Assembly: GCF_006345805.1 (NCBI RefSeq)
Contig: NW_021825379.1
Location: forward strand, 1-15,741
Source: Octopus sinensis
Taxonomy: Eukaryota
Direction of reading: 5' to 3'
DNA length: 15,741 nt
Shown here: positions 9,814 to 15,741 of the stretch, piece by piece
Layout of the letters: every line of letters starts with the position of its first letter
Numbering within the stretch: position 1 is the stretch's first letter
Program-made: the position numbers and the translations under genes
The notes under the pieces: generated by a model
Told to the model about the DNA's origin: nothing
Databases searched by the model: none
Seen by the model: the letters and a program-made list of their open reading frames with translations, nothing else

Positions 9814-10274
9814 AATTAAGCAGAAACTGGAGAAAATTATTAATCAACAAACAAATTGACTACCATCGGTTATTGCGATTGCATTATGCATATATAATGT
9901 ATATGTTTATGAATATGAGTGTATGTGTGTGTGTGTGTATAAAGATAGATAGACGCAGGGAGAGAGAGAAAGAGAGAGAGAGAGAGAGAAACTAATTTAC
10001 ATCAATCTCCCTAAAGGTTGTACAAACATCAATTTGTTTGTTTTAATTTTTTTAATTATCATTTAACGAAGTCTTGCCATCTGAAATTGTTAATGTTGTT
10101 ATGACTTGAAGAAAAACCTACAGTATACTGTGGCTGATTAAATACTAACGATATGATAAAGTAAAGTGGCTACGAAAGGTTAAAATTTTCGCTTGTAAAC
10201 ATTAAATCATTTTAAATTAGACACTTTATGAACACGAATTCAAGTAGAAAAAGTATGCACAGAAACGCCCAAGT

Positions 10275-10296
10275 GTATATTATGTATGTAACACAC

Positions 10297-10356
<60 letters not shown>

Positions 10357-10960
10357 GTATGTGTATAGTATGTGTGTATAATGTATATACATTATATATA
10401 TATATATATATATATGTATGTAATATATATGTATATATATGTATATATATGTGCATATATATATATATATATATATTATACCTATATATTATATATAGTA
10501 TATATAACATATATATATATGTATATATATGTATATTATGTGCATATATATATATATATATTATATATATACATAATATATATAATATATATTAGATATA
10601 ATATATATATATATATATATATATAGTATATATATATATATATATATATAGATATATATATGCACATATATAACATATATTGATATGCACATACATACAT
10701 GCTTGCATATGTTATTTATATATATATATTAAGTACTTTGTGCATATTTTATCTTCTTGGGTACGTATATATATTACAGCTATACGCTTGTGTGTATATA
10801 TATGTATGTATGTATGTATGTATATATGTATGTATATGTACACACAGACGCACACACTACATACATATATATATTACCGTATGAATATATGTGTGTAAGT
10901 ATGAGTATTACATATATGTATATCAATATAGAATATATAATATATATATATATATGTATC

Positions 10961-10991
<31 letters not shown>

Positions 10992-11090
10992 ATATATATA
11001 TATATATTATATATATATATATATAATAATATATCTATATATATATATATATATATATATATGTGCGATTGTGCGTGTGTATGTATGTAT
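10275..11090. repeat. Long compound (CA)/(TA)/(TATG) microsatellite
   Basis: Direct inspection. Confidence 0.95.
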
Positions 11091-11091
11091 A

Positions 11092-11418
11092 GTGAAGGCG
11101 CGTGGCTAAGTAGTGGTTACGTCATTAGCTCACGATCGTAAGGCCGTGGGTTCAATTCCCGGCGACGCATTATGTGCTTGAGCCAGACACTTTATTTCAC
11201 GTTGCTCCAGTCCACTCAACTGGCAAAAATGGGTAGTACCTGTATTTCAAAGGGCAAACCTTGTCACACTCTGTGTCACGCTGAATCTCCCTGAGAATTA
11301 CGTTAAAAGTACACGTGTCCGTGGTGTGCTCCGCCACTTGCATGTAAATTCCATGACCAAGCTGGTCTGTTGACCGTATCAGCTGAGACCCTCGCTGACG
11401 TAACCGACGGCGTGCTCC
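11092..11418 (+). mobile_element. tRNA-derived SINE, family B, full length
   Basis: Head GGCGCGTGGCTAAGTAGTGGTTA..GGTTCAATTCCC; homologous to 12186-12516 (minus) and 2970-3058. Confidence 0.85.
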
Positions 11419-11469
11419 TATATATATAATATATATATCAAAATAAGCAACAAGCATATCCAGAGATAA

Positions 11470-11556
11470 TGCAGTACGATCGTTTCATGCAACGCCATTT
11501 AATTGAACAATGAAATCATTACATCAATTTAAAATGTAGAGCGATCTTCAGCTGCA
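11470..11556 (-). ncRNA. Type I hammerhead ribozyme, long stem II with a damaged base
   Basis: Minus strand reads UGCAG-CUGAAGA-[long hairpin with CAUUU/AAAUG and AAUUGA/UCAAUU]-GAAAC-GAUC-GUA^CUGCA. Stem I is a perfect 5 bp and stem III is the palindrome ACGAUCGU. The base of stem II pairs poorly. Confidence 0.75.
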
Positions 11557-11764
11557 CAAAGACATAAAATTTAATTGAATTAGAACAGATGGACACATTA
11601 GTATAATTATACCTAAAATCTCCAAGAAGTTAAGGAGATCGACAAAGAACGTGTACCTACAACAACATAGCCGCAACTGTATATATATATATCCTGTAGA
11701 TTTTTGCTGCCGTGGTAACTAGTTATTTATTTTTCCGTGTTAATTGTTAACAAGGTAAATACAC

Positions 11765-11792
11765 TATATATATATATATTATATATATATAA

Positions 11793-11828
<36 letters not shown>

Positions 11829-11867
11829 ATATATATATATACATATTTATATACTACATAATATATA

Positions 11868-11900
<33 letters not shown>

Positions 11901-11958
11901 ATTATATATATGTACGTGTAAAGGCATGTACCTGTGGATATATATATATATATATATA
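11765..11958. repeat. (TA)n-rich microsatellite
   Basis: Direct inspection. Confidence 0.95.
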
Positions 11959-12185
11959 AAAAACGTATACACATAAGTATCATGTGTATGCATGTATATA
12001 TTTCTGTTTATTATACAGTAACATGTGTGTGTGTCTACATCTGTCTCATCTAATAAAGTCATCTGTTTTAAGACTACATCCTGTAGATGTGTTGGTATTT
12101 AAAGCTAATCTGAATCTGTTGTAGATGTTATGTTATTACCTATGTACATACTGCACAATATGTATTCACAACGGAAATGACTAAC

Positions 12186-12516
12186 TAATTGGTTCTCTGT
12201 CGGTTACGATGGCGAGTGTTCCAGCTGAACCGATCAACAGAACAGCCTGCTCTTGAAATTAACGTACAAGCGGCTGAGCACTCCACAGACACGTGTATCC
12301 TTAACGTAGTTCTGAGGGAGATTCAGCTTGACACAGTGTGTGAGTGTGACAAAGCTGATCCTTTGAAATACAGTCAGCTGAGCGGACTGGAGCAACGGGA
12401 AATAAAGTGTCTTGCTCAAGGATGCAACGTTCCGCATGGAGCAACGTGCCGCTAGAAGCTCACGATCTTACAATCGGGAGTTGCATACCCTAACCACTAA
12501 GCCACGTACTTTCACC
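12186..12516 (-). mobile_element. tRNA-derived SINE, family B, diverged
   Basis: Reverse complement aligns along the length of 11092-11418 with an internal deletion. Confidence 0.85.
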
Positions 12517-12600
12517 ATAACAGGAATAGAAAGGACTCTAAGTGGTTATACAACATGCTAGAAGTAGCGACAAAATCTTTCTTCAAAGTACACTCTAACC

Positions 12601-12859
12601 CAGCGGTTCTCAACCGGGGTTCCATATGGCCCTTGGGGTTCCATATAAAAATATTTTGCTGTTAAAATATATGTGCAATAAATTACTTGTACTTCTACAA
12701 TACAGTAGATATTAAAATTTTCTTTATACAACTTCTTATTTTATTTAACAATAAAAATACAATAGGAATTTTTCATATTCATCGAATAGCTGTGGAGGTC
12801 CAGTACTATGACACAGGAATCAAAGCGGTCCATAGGCAAAAAATGGTTGAGAACTAGTC
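12601..12859. mobile_element. hAT-like MITE
   Basis: TIRs CAGCGGTTCTCAACC / GGTTGAGAACTAGTC; related to 13135-13914. Confidence 0.7.
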
Positions 12860-12989
12860 TTTTTAAACTCTCGTGGTGCCATGGTGTCATAAGACGTGTC
12901 TTGAACATTTGAATCTAGCAGTGCCTATTCATCTCAAAGTCTGAGCACAGCGGATTTCTTCCAGACAGGAAGAAAGAAGTAGCAACGTT

Positions 12990-13134
12990 AGAACTTGATT
13001 AGTACTTATTGTTTAGTTTATTTATCGGCTCCAAAAGGATAGTAGAGGAGTGAAGTCGACCTAAGCGGGATTTGAACTTAGTCTGTTGAGAGCCATCACG
13101 AATACAGAAAGGTATTTTATCCAACACTCAAACG
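12990..13134 (-). mobile_element. Old, degenerate family A-like SINE fragment
   Basis: Retains AGTACTT..TTTATCG..AAAGGAT..AAGTCGACCT..GGATTTGAACT, matching the 6347-6576 copy. Confidence 0.55.
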
Positions 13135-13443
13135 CAGTGTTCCTTAACTGGGGGGGGGGTCAATATACGATTTTGGGGATGCATATACAATTTGGGATAC
13201 CCTCTTTTTACTCTTTTACTTGTTTCAGTCATTTGACTGTGGCCATGCTGGAGCACCGCCTTTAGTCGAGCAAATCGACCCCAGGACTTATTCTTTGGAA
13301 GCCTAGTACTTATTCTATCGGTTCTTTTGCCGAACCACTAAGTTACGGGGACGTAAACACATCAGCATCGGTTGTCATACACATACACACACATACACAC
13401 ATAACATACATACATTACATAATATATATATATATATAATTAG

Positions 13444-13490
<47 letters not shown>

Positions 13491-13914
13491 TATATAAATG
13501 TATATATGTATATTATATATACGACGGGCTTCTTTCAATTTCCGTCTACCAAATCCACTCACAAGGCTTTGGTCGGCCCGAGGCTATAGTAGAAGACACT
13601 TGCTTAAGATGCCACGCAGTGGGATTGAACCCGGAACCATGTGGCTCGTAAGCAAGCTACTCACCACATAACCACTCCTATGCCTATATACGATGCGAAT
13701 ACGATTTTTCTCCGTTAAAATTAAGTGCAAAAAATTGGTTTTTAATTCTACAATATTCATAATGTATTATTTTATTTTTACACAGTTCCTAATAATATTT
13801 AATTATAAAAATATAATGATAAGAGTTTTTAAAAACTGTATAGCTGTGAGGGTCCACTCGAGTAAAATAGAAGACAAAGAGGTCCGTAGCTAAAAAATTG
13901 ATTGAGAGCCACTA
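13135..13914. mobile_element. hAT-like MITE carrying a nested SINE
   Basis: Degenerate TIRs CAGTGTTCCTTAACT / GATTGAGAGCCACTA; 8-bp TSD CTCAAACG / CCCCAACG (6/8 match); 3' part resembles 12660-12859. Confidence 0.65.
13202..13686 (-). mobile_element. SINE family C with expanded internal (TA)n
   Basis: Both halves closely match 4491-4885; nested in a hAT-like MITE. Confidence 0.88.
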
Positions 13915-14182
13915 CCCCAACGAGTCAACAAATTTGCAACCAAAGAATTCGAGCGAACAATTCCATAGTTGTCGCACCGTGCATTTATGAATAGATAGAA
14001 CCGGGTACTGCCAGTAATATCACAACAGAGTTCCCTCTATGCAATTGGACATAGAGCTAAAAGACTCAGCCTTCAATCTGCCTTGTCTGTACAAGTATGT
14101 TCCAGAGCTGGAACAAATACCGTAAGGCTTCCAGTACGATTTCGTATATTTCCGTCATCCCCTTGAACTGGCACTTTTTATA

Positions 14183-14299
14183 TTAATCTCTCAACGAACA
14201 GTTATTTGATCAAACCACTTAAATGCATCTTTAGAATGAGATAACGGCCTTCCACTTGATTTTCACAATGAAATAGAAACAGGAACCCTATTTATTTAA
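14183..14299 (+). pseudogene. cox1: NUMT: 3' end of mitochondrial cytochrome c oxidase subunit I
   Basis: In the invertebrate mitochondrial code it reads LISQRTVIWSNHLNASLEWDNGLPLDFHNEMETGTLFI*, with two TGA=Trp codons; resembles the molluscan/cephalopod COX1 C-terminus. Confidence 0.88.
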
Positions 14300-14310
14300 T
14301 TTAATATATT

Positions 14311-14436
14311 ATGACCCAGCGAGGACAATTAGGAGATCAATACGCAAGCTCACCATTCATAGAGCAACTTCTTTTTTTTCATGACCACTCTATATTTATT
14401 CTTACTATTATTCTAACATTAGTTGTATATATTACA
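14311..14436 (+). pseudogene. cox2: NUMT: 5' end of mitochondrial cytochrome c oxidase subunit II
   Basis: MTQRGQLGDQYASSPFMEQLLFFHDHSMFILTIILTLVVYIT contains the SPxMEQLxFFHDH motif; truncated by a SINE-like sequence. Confidence 0.9.
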
Positions 14437-14444
14437 AAAGGTAA

Positions 14445-14580
14445 AGAAAGTAGCCTTGTGGTTAAGATGTTGTACTTACGACTGCAAAATCATGGTTTCG
14501 ATCCCTGGACAGAGCAGTACGTCAAATTCTTGAATTCATTTCACGTTGTACCAGTTCACTCAGTTGTATATTGAATACCA
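14445..14580 (+). mobile_element. Degenerate family B-like SINE head
   Basis: GTGGTTAAG..GGTTTCGATCCC..ATTTCACGTTGTACCAGTTCACTCAG resembles 11195-11220. Confidence 0.5.
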
Positions 14581-14650
14581 CGCGACAGACTGACCCTGAC
14601 CATTAAGCCACGCGACTTCGTTTATATAAACATATAGATGGAAGGGCTTC

Positions 14651-15092
14651 AGGCGCAGGCTTCCCCACCACATGGCTCCGGGTTTAGTTCCACTGCATGG
14701 CACCTTGGGCAAGTGTCTTTTACTGTAGCTTCGGGCCGACCAAAGCCTTGAGAGTTGATTTGGCAGACGGAAATTGAAATAAGCCCGTCGTATGCACGCA
14801 TGCATGCATGTATGTATGTATGTATGTATGTATGTATGTATGTATGTATGTATGTATGTATGTATGTATGTATGTATGTATGTATATATATGTATGTATG
14901 TATGTGTTTGTGCGCACACCATCGCTTGACAACCGATGTTAGTGTGTTTACGTCCTCATAACTTAGCGGCTCGGCAAAAGAGACCGATAGAATAAGTACT
15001 AGGTTTACAAAGAATAAGTCCTGAGGTCCATTTGTTCAACCAAATGCAGTGTACCAGCATGGCCGCTGTCAAATGACCGAAACAAGTAAAAA
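14651..15092 (+). mobile_element. SINE family C with deleted A-box region and internal (GTAT)n
   Basis: Matches the reverse complement of 4491-4885. Confidence 0.85.
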
Positions 15093-15165
15093 AATACTAT
15101 ATGTTTTACTAATTTTTATTTCTAACACTTTTTAAAAACTTTCCATGCGGAATGCACCAGTAATT

Positions 15166-15187
15166 TATTATTATTATTATTATTATA

Positions 15188-15221
<34 letters not shown>

Positions 15222-15244
15222 GTAGTAGTAGTAGTAGTAGTAGT
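15166..15244. repeat. (ATT)n-(AGT)n compound trinucleotide repeat
   Basis: Direct inspection. Confidence 0.95.
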
Positions 15245-15305
15245 GTTGTTTATTTGTTTAATCTTTAATGCTTCACGAAGATAACCGAAATATTCAAGAA
15301 CTGCA

Positions 15306-15306
<1 letters not shown>

Positions 15307-15343
<37 letters not shown>

Positions 15344-15405
15344 TTATGTATGTATGTATGTATGTATGTATGTATATATACATATATATGTAATGTATGT
15401 ATATG

Positions 15406-15436
<31 letters not shown>

Positions 15437-15455
15437 ATACTCACACATATATATT
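15307..15455. repeat. (TATG)n/(TA)n microsatellite
   Basis: Direct inspection. Confidence 0.9.
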
Positions 15456-15741
15456 ACATAAAATAAAATTTAATTAAGATTAATAAAAAAAAACCTCACA
15501 CAAAACTGATTCAGACATTAGCTTCTCATTACAGTTCATATTAAAAAAAAACCGTACTGTATAATCGTACCCAGTCTTCAAAGCCATCAAACCCAACACT
15601 CGGATGTGTGATTATCTTACGAGAAATATGATAAACATAATCCGCTTAATCCTGTTTGCGCATGTTAACTTGGCAGTTTCTCGTGTCTGAAATACTACGA
15701 GGTAAAATTGGTGAATTACGTTTTCTCACTTGTTGCTGTCA

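Noticed and set aside
10280-11026. Many Y/I/C/V/H/T-rich ORFs here and at 123-368, 1330-1667, 2831-3282, 11747-12062 and 14560-14961
   Set aside because: They are translations of dinucleotide and tetranucleotide microsatellites, not genes.
11092-11165. tRNA-like sequences with A/B boxes (also 1821, 2970, 7729)
   Set aside because: No clean cloverleaf, and each continues into a repeated SINE body.
14131-14172. Minus-strand GATGA...GAAATCGTACTGG, hammerhead-like
   Set aside because: Lacks the CU of the core and stem I is not in register.
14311-14574. 87-aa ORF as a functional cox2 gene
   Set aside because: Only the first ~42 codons are cox2-like, conserved residues are mutated, and the rest is SINE-derived.
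15270-15300. CTTCACGAAGATAACCGAAATATTCAAG, faintly hammerhead-like
   Set aside because: The core is not CUGANGA and there is no stem II; too degenerate to support.

Overview
AT-rich, microsatellite-dense eukaryotic intergenic or intronic DNA, most likely octopus/cephalopod judging by a cox1-cox2 mitochondrial insertion and the SINE types. I found no intact protein-coding gene; most listed ORFs are simple-repeat artefacts. Explained features are an internally deleted Helitron with both termini (4305-7698, minus), three tRNA-derived SINE families, Tc1/mariner-like and hAT-like MITEs, and a NUMT. The main discovery is a set of short non-coding elements sitting in or next to (TA)n tracts that carry type I hammerhead ribozymes (HHR). 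One HHR looks intact (8119-8203, minus) and lies in a ~595-nt monomer with a ~187-bp terminal direct repeat that starts 4 nt from the predicted cleavage site, a retrozyme/Penelope-like architecture. A second is near-intact (11470-11556, minus) and four more are degenerate or truncated. All folding, alignment and translation was done by eye.
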